From the NCBI GenBank assembly GCA_037190825.1, contig JBBCJS010000003.1, positions 1 to 64,000 on the forward strand: a stretch of 64,000 nt of DNA. Direction: 5' to 3'. Under the pieces are notes generated by a model, which ran no database searches, was not told where the DNA came from, and was given only the letters and a program-made list of their open reading frames with translations. This DNA comes from Chiayiivirga flava (GTDB taxonomy: Bacteria; Pseudomonadota; Gammaproteobacteria; Xanthomonadales; Xanthomonadaceae). This document shows, one piece after another, positions 39,958 to 49,433 of this stretch. Each line of letters starts with the position of its first letter. Within the stretch, counting starts at the first letter, position 1. Position numbers and translations under genes: made by a program.

Positions 39958-40010
39958 TGATGCTGCTGCAAGCGTTGGGCGCGGTGCGCGGCCTGGGCCG
40001 GGTGCGGAGC
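39958..40010 (+). pseudogene. Orphan duplicated 5' fragment of the ubiB-family kinase gene ([16 protein letters not shown]...)
   Basis: 39961-40007 matches 40811-40857 (ttgggcgcggtgcgcg and ctgggccgggtgc blocks identical); it encodes the same MLL(E/Q)ALGAVR(D/G)LGRV start as the intact gene 850 bp downstream. Confidence 0.5.
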
Positions 40011-40045
40011 CGTCCCCCGATCGACGCGTCGGCGGCCCGGCGCGC

Positions 40046-40738
40046 ATGAGCCGGCACGCGACCGCGACCGACCCCTTCCCGGGCTGGGACGGCAGCATCG
40101 CCGGCGCGCGCGCGTTGCAGGCGGAACTGGCGGCACGGGTCCGGCTGGAGGACGGCTTCGTCGCGCCGCTGCGCACGGTGGCCGGCTTCGATGTCGGCTT
40201 CGAGGACGGGGGCGGGACCACGCGCGCGGCGGTGGTGTTGCTGGACGCCGATTCGATGCAGCCGCTCGAATCGCATGTCGCCAGGGTGCCGACCGCGATG
40301 CCCTACGTCCCCGGCCTGCTCAGCTTCCGCGAACTGCCGGCGCTGCTGCGGGCGCTGGCGATGCTCTCGCGCACGCCGGATCTGGCGATGATCGACGGCC
40401 AGGGCATCGCGCATCCGCGCCGGCTCGGCATCGCCGCGCATTTCGGCGTGGCCACGGACCTGCCGGCCGTGGGCGTGGCCAAGAAGCTGCTGGCCGGCCG
40501 TTTCGCCGAACCTGGCCCCGTGCGCGGAGATCGCAGCCCGATCCTGCATCGCGGCGACACCGTCGGCTTCGCCCTGCGCAGCAAGCCGCGCTGCAATCCG
40601 CTGATCGTCTCGCCCGGGCATCGTGTCCGCCTGGACACGGCGGTGGCGCTGACCCTGCGCTTCCTGGGCGGCTACCGCCTGCCCGAGCCGACGCGCCTGG
40701 CCGACCGCCTGGCTTCGCGCCGCGACGAGCGGCGCTGA
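40046..40738 (+). CDS. nfi: Endonuclease V (deoxyinosine 3' endonuclease)
   Basis: 230 aa; [20 protein letters not shown] ... [27 protein letters not shown] conserved Nfi blocks; start fixed by arithmetic from the stop. Confidence 0.9.
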   Translation: MSRHATATDPFPGWDGSIAGARALQAELAARVRLEDGFVAPLRTVAGFDVGFEDGGGTTRAAVVLLDADSMQPLESHVARVPTAMPYVPGLLSFRELPALLRALAMLSRTPDLAMIDGQGIAHPRRLGIAAHFGVATDLPAVGVAKKLLAGRFAEPGPVRGDRSPILHRGDTVGFALRSKPRCNPLIVSPGHRVRLDTAVALTLRFLGGYRLPEPTRLADRLASRRDERR

Positions 40739-40810
40739 GGAAGCCCGGCCGACACCGGAAGTGGCCGTTCGCAAGTAAGCTTCCGGCAGGATGCTGGCGG
40801 AGGACGGGCG

Positions 40811-42493
40811 ATGTTGCTGGAAGCCTTGGGCGCGGTGCGCGATCTGGGCCGGGTGCAGGAAATCGCGGCGGTGCTGATCCGCTACGGGTTCGGCGACGTG
40901 GTGCAGCGCATCGGCATGGCCGGCGTGCTCGAACGCGCCGGCCGGGTGCTGCACTGGCATCCCGTGGGCGAGGAACTGCTGGCGCTCGCCCCGCCGCAGC
41001 GGGTGCGCCGCGCCCTGGAGGACCTGGGGCCGACCTTCGTCAAGCTCGGGCAGATCCTGGCCACGCGCGTGGACCTGTTCGGTCCCGAATGGATCGCCGA
41101 GTTCAGCCGCCTGCAGAACGCGGTGCCGGCGGTGCCTTTCGAGCGCATCGCCGTGCAGATCGAACAGGACCTGGGCCGCCCGCCGCGCGAGGCGTTCCGC
41201 AACCTGGAGGAAAAGCCGCTCGCCGCCGCCTCGCTCGGGCAGGCGTACCTGGCCGAACTGGACGATGGCACGAAGGTGGTGCTGAAGGTGCGCCGCCCCG
41301 ACATCGGGCCGACCATCGAGGCCGACCTGCGCCTGCTGAACCGCCTTGCCGAAGCCATCGAGAACGAGATGCCCGACTGGCGCCGCTACCGCCCGCGCGA
41401 CGTGGTGCGCCAGTTCGGCATCTCGCTGCGGCGCGAGCTGGATTTCGCCGCCGAGTGCCGCAGCGCCGAGCGCATCGCGCGCAATTTCGCCGGCCGCGCC
41501 GAGATCGTGGTGCCGCGCGTGCACTGGGATTACGTGAGCGAGCGGCTCAACGTGCAGGATTTCGTCGCGGGGATTCCCGGTTGCGCGATGGAGCGCCTGG
41601 ACGACGCCGGGCTGGATCGCGTGGAACTGGCGCGGCGCGGGGCGGCGGCGATCCTCAAGATGGTGCTGGAGGACGGCTTCTTCCACGCCGACCCGCATCC
41701 GGGCAACGTGTTCTTCCTGCCGGAAAACCGCATCGCGCTGATCGACTTCGGCATGGTCGGCCGGCTGAGCGTGGAGCGCCGCCAGCAGATCGCGCGCCTG
41801 CTGCACGGGCTGGCGACGCAGCAGGTGGAGGCGGTGTCGGACGTGCTGCTGGACTGGAGCGGCAATGCCGACATCGACGAGGCCCAGCTCCTCACCGAGA
41901 TCGACGCCTTCGTGGACAACTACCGCGGCGTGCCGCTCAAGCACCTGGGCTTCGGCCGCATGCTGACCGACATGATCGCGGTGATGCGCAACAACGGCCT
42001 GACGCTGCCGCCGGACCTGGCGCTGATGCTCAAGACCTTCGTCACGCTGGAAGGCATGGCGCGCGAGCTGGACCCGGACTTCGACATGGCCGCCGTGGCC
42101 GCGCCGTACCTGCGCCGCGCGCTGATCGAGCAGTATTCGCCGAAGGTGCTGGCGCGGCGCGGCTGGCACGTGCTCTCCAGCGCGATGGACCTGGTGTCCA
42201 GCCTGCCGCGCGACCTGCGCCAGATATTGCGCCTGGCGCGGCGCGGCAAGCTGCACGTGGAAGTGGAAGTCACCTCGCTCAAGCCCTTCGGCGACCAGCT
42301 CGACCGCGCCGTCAGCCGTCTCACCATCGGATTGGTCACTTCGGCGCTCATCATCGGCTCGGCCATCGTGATGAACATCAAGGGGCCGATTTCGCTGTCC
42401 AGCCTGTCGGGCTTCGGTGTGCTGGGTTTCATCGGCGCGGCGATCGGCGGGGTATGGGTGCTGGTGTCGATATTGCGAGGCGGGCGGCGGTGA
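40811..42493 (+). CDS. ubiB: UbiB/ABC1-family atypical protein kinase
   Basis: 560 aa; ABC1 kinase-like motifs ([34 protein letters not shown]); C-terminal TM helices. Confidence 0.9.
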   Translation: MLLEALGAVRDLGRVQEIAAVLIRYGFGDVVQRIGMAGVLERAGRVLHWHPVGEELLALAPPQRVRRALEDLGPTFVKLGQILATRVDLFGPEWIAEFSRLQNAVPAVPFERIAVQIEQDLGRPPREAFRNLEEKPLAAASLGQAYLAELDDGTKVVLKVRRPDIGPTIEADLRLLNRLAEAIENEMPDWRRYRPRDVVRQFGISLRRELDFAAECRSAERIARNFAGRAEIVVPRVHWDYVSERLNVQDFVAGIPGCAMERLDDAGLDRVELARRGAAAILKMVLEDGFFHADPHPGNVFFLPENRIALIDFGMVGRLSVERRQQIARLLHGLATQQVEAVSDVLLDWSGNADIDEAQLLTEIDAFVDNYRGVPLKHLGFGRMLTDMIAVMRNNGLTLPPDLALMLKTFVTLEGMARELDPDFDMAAVAAPYLRRALIEQYSPKVLARRGWHVLSSAMDLVSSLPRDLRQILRLARRGKLHVEVEVTSLKPFGDQLDRAVSRLTIGLVTSALIIGSAIVMNIKGPISLSSLSGFGVLGFIGAAIGGVWVLVSILRGGRR

Positions 42494-42712
42494 CAGGCAC
42501 CCACCACGCACCGGGTGATGCCGCATCTATTGAGAGCAGTCGCAGGTGCATATCATCGTCGTCACGCCCTCCATCTGTGCCGGTTCGTATCTGGAATTGG
42601 CGGCTGGTTCTCGCCTCCGCCAGCTGGTGTTGCGAGCAATGCGCGGCGTGTGGACAAGGCAATGGGAAGCCCGTACACGCTTTAGAATCACTCTGACACG
42701 CAGTGCGGGAGA

Positions 42713-44752
42713 TTGCGGGTGGGACAGGACAATCTGGCCGGTTATGCATTCGATGGTTATTTCCTGGACTTGCGCTCACGCCAGGTTGTGGGACCAGAGG
42801 GTGCATCGCTGACGTTGACAACCAAGGCGTTCGATACGCTGCTTTATCTGATCACGCGTCCAGGCGAAGTGGTTGGCAAGGAAGAGTTGCTGAAAGCTGT
42901 CTGGCCGGGGCGAGTGGTGGAAGACAACAACCTCACCCAGGCCATCTCGGCGCTGCGCCGGGCACTGGGCGTTGACGGCGGCGATCGACGGTACATCCTG
43001 ACTGTTTCCGGGCGCGGCTATCGCTTCGTTGCACCCGTGCGCAAGGTTTACCTGGAGGGTGGGGCACTTCCGGGCGGGGCAGATGCCGATGGCCAGGCCG
43101 TGACGGAGGAAATTGCACCTGCGCTGCCCGCGGCGGGGGCGCCTGGCCTCACGCTCGATCGGCTCGATAGACCAGCCAAGACCGTCAATCAGCGCTTTTC
43201 GCGCCAACGCGCAGCGAGCGCCCTGGCGTGGACCACGCTCGGCGCACTGTTGCTGGGCGCATTCACGTGGATGGGATACCGTGGATCGACCGCGCCCTTG
43301 GATATATCGGTCGCGCCCTTGTCACCCGAACCGGTTCCGGCAGCGCAGGCGTTGCCGGCCATCGCGGTGTTGCCGTTCCACATGCTGGGTAAGGCAGACT
43401 CCGATTCCATGATCGAAATCGGCCTGGCGGAAACGTTGATCGCGCGCCTGTCAGAGTCGCACCAATTGCATGTGCGCGCGATCGGCTCTGTCCTTCGCCA
43501 GGTCGAAGATACGCGCGATCCGGCCAATGTCGCCGAGGCGCTGGACGCGCAGTACGTCCTCAGTGGATCGGTGCAGGCGCGGCAGGACCGTGTGCGTGTC
43601 GTTGCGCAACTTTTTTCACGATCGCGCGATGCCGTGATATGGGGCGATACCTTCGATGCGCATGTCGATGCCGTGTTCACTTTGCAGGACGCCATAGCGC
43701 ACGCGGTATTGCAATCGTTGTCGATGACGTTGCCCGCGGGATCCGCATCGCACCGCAGTCCCTGCGATGGTGCCGACCCGATGGCGTATCGCGACTATCT
43801 GGCGGGGCAGCACCTGATGAGCGCGCCGATTCCCGATCGGCTGACGCGAGCCATAGGCGCATTTCGTGCCGCACTTGAACGCGATCCGACCTGTGCACGT
43901 GCCTGGGCCGGACAGGCATTTGCCTGGCGGGCCATGACCATTACGGGGGACATGGCGCCGCACGATGCCTTCCCGCTGGCCGAGGCTGCCGTCGCGCATG
44001 CGCTCGCATTGGATCCGGAACTGGCAGAAGCCCATGCCGCACGGGGTTTCAACCGATTCTGGTACGACTGGGACTGGGCTCAGGCCGAACAGGCCACGCG
44101 TCAGGCAATGGCTGCAGGTCCCAGTTGCGTGGATGCGCATTTTGCTCACGCCCATCTGATGAGCAACCTTGGACGTACAGCGGAAGCGTTGCAGGCAATG
44201 GAAATCGTGCGGCAACTGGATCCACTCTCCCCGCTGATCAACGCCATCCATGGGCAGATATTGGCGGCCGCGGGTGAGGAAGAAGCCGCTGCGCATCAGA
44301 TCGACATCACGCTGCGACTCGCCCCGGATTTCTGGATTGGCCTCTTGATGCGCGGCAGTCTGGCCTTGCAGCAGGGCGACACCCAGGGGGCGATTGTCGA
44401 TCTGGAAAACGCTGCAGAGCGTTCCCAGCGTGCCAGTCTGGTTCTGGCAACGCTGGGTATGGCGTACGCCCGCAACGGACAGCCCGAGCGGGCCCAGACG
44501 CTGCTGGATGAATTGGAACTGCGTTCAAACCATGGCTATGTCCCGCCGACGAGTCTGGCTGCGATCCATTTGGCGTTAGGCCGCACCGAGCAGGCACTTC
44601 AGCTGCTGGAAGACGCGTACCAGGCACGTGACCTGCGCATGACATTCCTCCGCGTGGACATGCGCTGGAACCCAATCCGAAGGGAGCCGCGCTTCATCGC
44701 GTTGGGGCAGCAGATGGGGTTAACACAAACGGAACCCGCGACAGGACTTTGA
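42713..44752 (+). CDS. CadC-like winged-helix (OmpR/PhoB-type) transcriptional regulator with a TM segment and C-terminal TPR repeats
   Basis: N-terminal YAFDGYFLDLRSRQV...GRGYRF DNA-binding domain; a hydrophobic segment near residue 165; TPR-like C-terminus; the track start at 42713 is TTG (GTG at 42719 is an alternative). Confidence 0.8.
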   Translation: MRVGQDNLAGYAFDGYFLDLRSRQVVGPEGASLTLTTKAFDTLLYLITRPGEVVGKEELLKAVWPGRVVEDNNLTQAISALRRALGVDGGDRRYILTVSGRGYRFVAPVRKVYLEGGALPGGADADGQAVTEEIAPALPAAGAPGLTLDRLDRPAKTVNQRFSRQRAASALAWTTLGALLLGAFTWMGYRGSTAPLDISVAPLSPEPVPAAQALPAIAVLPFHMLGKADSDSMIEIGLAETLIARLSESHQLHVRAIGSVLRQVEDTRDPANVAEALDAQYVLSGSVQARQDRVRVVAQLFSRSRDAVIWGDTFDAHVDAVFTLQDAIAHAVLQSLSMTLPAGSASHRSPCDGADPMAYRDYLAGQHLMSAPIPDRLTRAIGAFRAALERDPTCARAWAGQAFAWRAMTITGDMAPHDAFPLAEAAVAHALALDPELAEAHAARGFNRFWYDWDWAQAEQATRQAMAAGPSCVDAHFAHAHLMSNLGRTAEALQAMEIVRQLDPLSPLINAIHGQILAAAGEEEAAAHQIDITLRLAPDFWIGLLMRGSLALQQGDTQGAIVDLENAAERSQRASLVLATLGMAYARNGQPERAQTLLDELELRSNHGYVPPTSLAAIHLALGRTEQALQLLEDAYQARDLRMTFLRVDMRWNPIRREPRFIALGQQMGLTQTEPATGL

Positions 44753-44838
44753 TCGCGTAGTTCCTTGCTTGATTTGAGGTTGCCCCTTCTCCAACACCGA
44801 CGCCACCTATGGCTTGGCGGTGGTGCGCCGCTCAGACA

Positions 44839-45390
44839 TCAACCTCCATCCGGTTCCTGCACATCCTGGTCAAAACGCCAGAGTATGCCACCTGGTGCAT
44901 CGACTGCGTATTGCTGATAGACGGCCCGGCCAGTATTGACATCGACATGCAGCACCTGAGGTTCACCTGGCCCATGGGTCAATCGGAACGCATAACGCTG
45001 TACGCGCTGGCCGGCGAGTTCCCCTGTACCCAGCAGCGTGCAATCTTCCATTCTGCCTACGGCTGCAGACGCGTTGCCTGTGGCGATATGAGCTTCTGCA
45101 TCGGGGTCGCGCTGGTAGCGGCCCATGAGGTCTTTTGACCATGCCTTCTGATCGATGCGGACGCTGACCGGTAACCCCGGTTGAGTTGGATCGTCCACGT
45201 GGTAGGTGGACGTGCGCGGATGAGCCGACGTGAGCGCCAACGCCTTCTGCAAAGGCGCGCAACCCTCACCTCCGGTCGTTGGCGCGCAGGACACAGAGGT
45301 GAAGGGCGCTGCGATCAGCATCAGCCAGCGCGGGATCACCAGCACGCGCCTCGAAGCTGGCAGAGTGTTGGCATGCTGGACAATGGGCAT
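44839..45390 (-). CDS. Hypothetical small lipoprotein/secreted protein
   Basis: Signal/lipobox-like MPIVQHANTLPASRRVLVIPRWLMLIAAPFTSVSC; lies in a lower-GC region; weak support, may be non-coding. Confidence 0.35.
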   Translation of the reverse strand: MPIVQHANTLPASRRVLVIPRWLMLIAAPFTSVSCAPTTGGEGCAPLQKALALTSAHPRTSTYHVDDPTQPGLPVSVRIDQKAWSKDLMGRYQRDPDAEAHIATGNASAAVGRMEDCTLLGTGELAGQRVQRYAFRLTHGPGEPQVLHVDVNTGRAVYQQYAVDAPGGILWRFDQDVQEPDGG

Positions 45391-45590
45391 GATCCAACCT
45401 TTGCACACATTGGCACTAGCGGTAAATGGATGGAAGCGAGGCAAGTTGATGGTGCGAGGTACGGATCGTTGCATGGGGATGGCTCCATGGATAGGTCGGC
45501 AGGGCGAACCCGGAGGGCTTCATGGCGCGGCGCTTTTGCTCGAACAATGACATTCACTGGCGTCGCACGGGCTGGACAAGACGCACATAT

Positions 45591-47090
45591 TCATTCGAAT
45601 CCGTCGGCGAAGAGGTCTTCGCTTGCAGGTTGCAAGCCGAGCAGACCTCCCATGTGCCAGCCTTCGAGCGCGAAGGGGTAGAGGGAGTTGTCGTAATAAC
45701 GATGCAGCCCACCCACCACGATCCGGTTTGGGCCCATGTCTAGCAGGTCGTGCATCGAAAGATACGCATGATCGAGGCTGATTCTTTGTAATCCCAGCGC
45801 CGCACCGGACGTTGCGTCTACCATTCCCAGAAGTCCATCAAATGCTGGGCTTGTGGGATCTTTCAGATAGCCTGCCAGCCCGATTCTGCCGCCTTCCAGA
45901 AGTTTCATGCGATGTACGTGAGATGCCGGCAAGCTTCCAAAATACTGATTGCACGGCAGGCGAAGCCCGCCGAGCACCGCCGTGCCCGTGTCCCCGAAGC
46001 TTGTGATCCTGTTGCCGCTGGCGTCCAGCTTCAGCACGCCAATGCCGGGCCGGCACGTCCGCTCCACCTCGCCAGCGAGGTAGACGACATGGGTGGCCGT
46101 GCCCGTGGTCGAGAAGGTGGGTGTGACCTGGATCTGGGTGGCCTGTGCCGAGCGCCACTGGCCGTCCTCGAAGATGGCGAAGGTCTTTGTTCCGTATGAG
46201 GAACCGGGTGTGCCGCCCATGTCGTCTATCTTGGTGAGCGCATATTCCCACTTGTTTACCAATGGATTCAAACTCGCGCCGGCCAGATAGAAACTGGTCG
46301 GGGAAATGGCGGACGAGCTGGGGACTTGTGCGATAGCCGCCACGGTGCAGGAAGAAACACAGTCGCCCACCTCCACAGCTCCTGTATCGGGCGTCAGTGT
46401 GCCAGATGGGTCCACGGTATAACGACGGAAAATCGGCACGTAACGGCCATCCGCTTCCTGCCGCATGCCGGCAACAGCGACCTTAAACGCCGCTGCATTC
46501 TCGTAATACACAAGCCCTCCGCCAAATTCCTTCCTGTTGGTCGTGAAAACATTGGTTCGCGACAGGAATCGCCCTTCCATGCTGAATGCCAGTACCGCGA
46601 CATCGATGTCGCCGCTGGAGTATTGCTCCTCGAACTGTATGAAAATCTTGGATTGCGATATTGTCGCGTCGATGACATTGCGTACGCGCGCCACCGATGA
46701 CCTCGGGTAGGTAATGTAGTGGTGTTCCGGGATGCTTCCGGAGTGGCTGTATTCGGGGCTTGGGTCGGGCCATTGCAACTGTTGGCCATTCTGCGTGTAG
46801 CGGCTCAGGGAAATATTCCAGAAACCGTTGCTTTGAAGTTGTGGCTGCGGGGGGTTTGCCACGCCAATCGCGACCAAATCGCCATTGGGTAGCGTCAGCA
46901 GGCGGCGTATGAATGCGCCCTGTCCATTGGGGTTGAGCGTAGGATAGGCGCTGCCGAAATTTTCCACCAGGTCGACCCCGTAATTAAAGGATGGGTCGGG
47001 CTGGTACGGTCCGCTGGTGATTTGCGATGCATGCAATGGGTTGAATGCCATGAATGGCAAGAAAAACAGGGGTGCGAGGTGGCGAATCAT
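45591..47090 (-). CDS. Secreted hypothetical beta-rich protein (low-GC) ending in ...DLFADGFE
   Basis: 499 aa; signal peptide MIRHLAPLFFLPFMAFNPLHASQ; about 55% GC; no recognisable catalytic motif; stop falls immediately after DGFE. Confidence 0.7.
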   Translation of the reverse strand: MIRHLAPLFFLPFMAFNPLHASQITSGPYQPDPSFNYGVDLVENFGSAYPTLNPNGQGAFIRRLLTLPNGDLVAIGVANPPQPQLQSNGFWNISLSRYTQNGQQLQWPDPSPEYSHSGSIPEHHYITYPRSSVARVRNVIDATISQSKIFIQFEEQYSSGDIDVAVLAFSMEGRFLSRTNVFTTNRKEFGGGLVYYENAAAFKVAVAGMRQEADGRYVPIFRRYTVDPSGTLTPDTGAVEVGDCVSSCTVAAIAQVPSSSAISPTSFYLAGASLNPLVNKWEYALTKIDDMGGTPGSSYGTKTFAIFEDGQWRSAQATQIQVTPTFSTTGTATHVVYLAGEVERTCRPGIGVLKLDASGNRITSFGDTGTAVLGGLRLPCNQYFGSLPASHVHRMKLLEGGRIGLAGYLKDPTSPAFDGLLGMVDATSGAALGLQRISLDHAYLSMHDLLDMGPNRIVVGGLHRYYDNSLYPFALEGWHMGGLLGLQPASEDLFADGFE

Positions 47091-47528
47091 CTTGGAATAG
47101 CTCCTGCTGAAGGAATCGATACGTAAATGCTTTTGATCTGGTTTCCCATTGCGGTGTCACGAAGGCCGAAGTTCCCTGCTCCTCAAAGGGGCCGCGGTAC
47201 CCGACGACGCATAGAAGTGGCTTGGGCTGCCACGGATGGATAACGTGCCTATGTCCCGGTGCAGAAGATCTGCGAGGAGGCATGAAAAGTCATGCGTCGA
47301 TGGATGAAATATCGTGAAGATCTCTGAAAATGCGTCGGGGGCTGTCAATGCGTTGGGTCAGCCAGACGCTGTCACGCTTCCGCCTGGAGCGGCTGGCTAA
47401 GGGGAATTGTTGGCCCCAATGGCAGGTATCTCGCGCGTGGGGTGGGCATGCTGAATGAATAGTCTTCGCCGTCGCGCAGATGTCGCCTGCTGGCGGACAT
47501 GGGTGCAGCCCTCAAGCTACAACTCGGA

Positions 47529-49031
47529 TCAGGGCTCGAAACTGTCGGAGAAGATATGGATGGGAATGCTGAACACGTAGGCCGCGCCTGCACCATTGCG
47601 GCTGTTATTGTCGGGGCCGCTTCCGTCACTGGCCTCCAGCGGAGCGGAGATCGAGATGTCATGATCAGCGATGGCAACTGAGTCACCGAAGCGGTCGCCG
47701 GGTCCTGCATTGATTGCTTTCAGATAAGTCTGATCACTCCAGCTACCGTCCCTGCGCCAGAAGGCATAGACGGCACCGGCGTCGGTGGCGGCGTTGTTGC
47801 CTGGGTTGCTGCCGTTGCCATCCTCTCCGGGGGCGCCGACAACGATCCGGTTGCCCCATATCGCCACGGAGTGCCCGAACAGATCATCGGAGGCTGCGTT
47901 TTCCGCCTTCAGGAAATCCGTCCAGTACCACGTTCCATTGCTTTCCCGCGTGTACACATAGGCCGCACCGGCATCGGAGGCGTCGTTGTTTCCTCCGTGG
48001 CTGCCGTTACTGTCTTCGTAAGGCGCACCAATCACCAGCGTATCGTTGAAAATGGCCACGCTGCTGCCGAAATTATCGCCGGAATCGGCGTTGATGGCTT
48101 TCAGGCGCGTTTGTTCGATCCAGACGTCACCATTGCGAACGAACACATAGGCAGCGCCGGAATCGGGCACACTGTTATCGGAGGCGCTGCCCCACGCGCT
48201 ACCGTCTTCGCCATGCGCACCGATCACGGCAACATCACCCGAAAGAGCCACGGAATAACCAAATCGATCCGATTCGCCGCCGTTGCTCGCCAACAGGCGC
48301 GCCTGCTGTTCCCATTCGTGACCTTGGCGAACGAAGACATAGGCAGCGCCAGTGGTGCCGGCGCCGTCCCTGTGCTCCGCAGAGGCGCCGACCAGAATTG
48401 TGTCTCCGCAAATCGCCACCGAGTCGCCGAAGATTGAGAAACTGCCCAGTGTGGTTTGCCTGCTCAGGTAAGCCTGCTGCTGCCAGTGTGTTCCAGCGCG
48501 TGTGAAAACATAGGCGGCACCTCCCGCCGCGTTGGCCGCTACGTCGTTATGATATGGCGCGCCGACGACGATGGTGTCCCCTGAAATTGCGACCGAATGA
48601 CCGAATCTGTCACCGCTCTTGCTGTTTCCGCCTTTGAGAAAGGCCTGTTGCGTCCAGTGATCGCCACTGCGTGTGAATACATATACGGCACCGGAGTTGG
48701 GTCGGCTGTTGTCCCCAGGGCCATTGCCGTTGCTGTCTTCGGAAGGCGCTCCGATCACCACGGTATCTCCGGATATAGCGATGGAATGGCCGAATCGATC
48801 GTCCATGTCTGCAACGTTGGCTTTCAGGTAGGCCTGCTGGGTGATCCAGGTCGTCGGGAAAATAGGGGCGTCCTGCCATCGGACGCTCCTCCAGTTGGCG
48901 ACGGACAATGCCGATGCCGGTTCGGGCACATGAACGTTGTTTGGGTCGAACGCAATGCGCTGCTTTGCGATCAGCGATGAGGATTGCAGGCCGCCCACTA
49001 ACAGAAGTGCCAGTGACGCCAACAGCGACAT
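47529..49031 (-). CDS. Secreted FG-GAP-repeat (integrin-alpha-like beta-propeller) protein ending in ...IFSDSFEP
   Basis: Roughly seven repeats of DRFGhSVAIsGDTiVVGAP ... GAAYVF (FG-GAP); probable start at the MSLLASLALLLVGGLQSSS signal peptide (~49031, +/-2 nt); lower GC. Confidence 0.7.
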   Translation of the reverse strand: MSLLASLALLLVGGLQSSSLIAKQRIAFDPNNVHVPEPASALSVANWRSVRWQDAPIFPTTWITQQAYLKANVADMDDRFGHSIAISGDTVVIGAPSEDSNGNGPGDNSRPNSGAVYVFTRSGDHWTQQAFLKGGNSKSGDRFGHSVAISGDTIVVGAPYHNDVAANAAGGAAYVFTRAGTHWQQQAYLSRQTTLGSFSIFGDSVAICGDTILVGASAEHRDGAGTTGAAYVFVRQGHEWEQQARLLASNGGESDRFGYSVALSGDVAVIGAHGEDGSAWGSASDNSVPDSGAAYVFVRNGDVWIEQTRLKAINADSGDNFGSSVAIFNDTLVIGAPYEDSNGSHGGNNDASDAGAAYVYTRESNGTWYWTDFLKAENAASDDLFGHSVAIWGNRIVVGAPGEDGNGSNPGNNAATDAGAVYAFWRRDGSWSDQTYLKAINAGPGDRFGDSVAIADHDISISAPLEASDGSGPDNNSRNGAGAAYVFSIPIHIFSDSFEP

Positions 49032-49433
49032 GCGCGCACGAATCGGCAGGGTGGGTGCTATCGCTATCGAGGTGAACTGCGTGGTCAGGAGCATATGCAT
49101 CCAGTCCGTTACCGGCTTGCCATCACGCAGCACGGAATTTTTCATGAGAGCTCTCCCGATGTAGTGGCATTGACGTCGATGCACGGTGCTTGTGCCGTGG
49201 CGTGGATACCATGGTCGTGACGGTGCCCAGGCAAGGATGAGTCGTGTCATCCAAGGGGCCTGATGTGGCATGGCCAACTGTCAGACATGACCGTGCTCAC
49301 ACTCGGGGGTGGGGCGGTGAAATGTCATAGGTTTCGAATGAAAAATTGTGAAATCCAATGAAAGCGCATGCGACGGTGTTGCGATGCGTCTGGATCATGG
49401 CCTGCTACGATCCAGCCGTGGACGATTTAGTGG

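Noticed and set aside
38306-42526. 1406-aa minus-strand ORF as a single giant gene
   Set aside because: Only the last 519 codons (from MEWLSDPT at 39862) form a coherent TerC-CBS-CorC protein. The upstream 887 codons run antisense through nfi and ubiB and are Arg/Ala/Gly noise.
47091-47528. 438-bp AT-richer gap in the low-GC island as an ncRNA or tRNA
   Set aside because: No convincing stable stem-loop plus U-tract or tRNA-like structure on inspection; it is probably a promoter/UTR region for the 45591..47090 gene.
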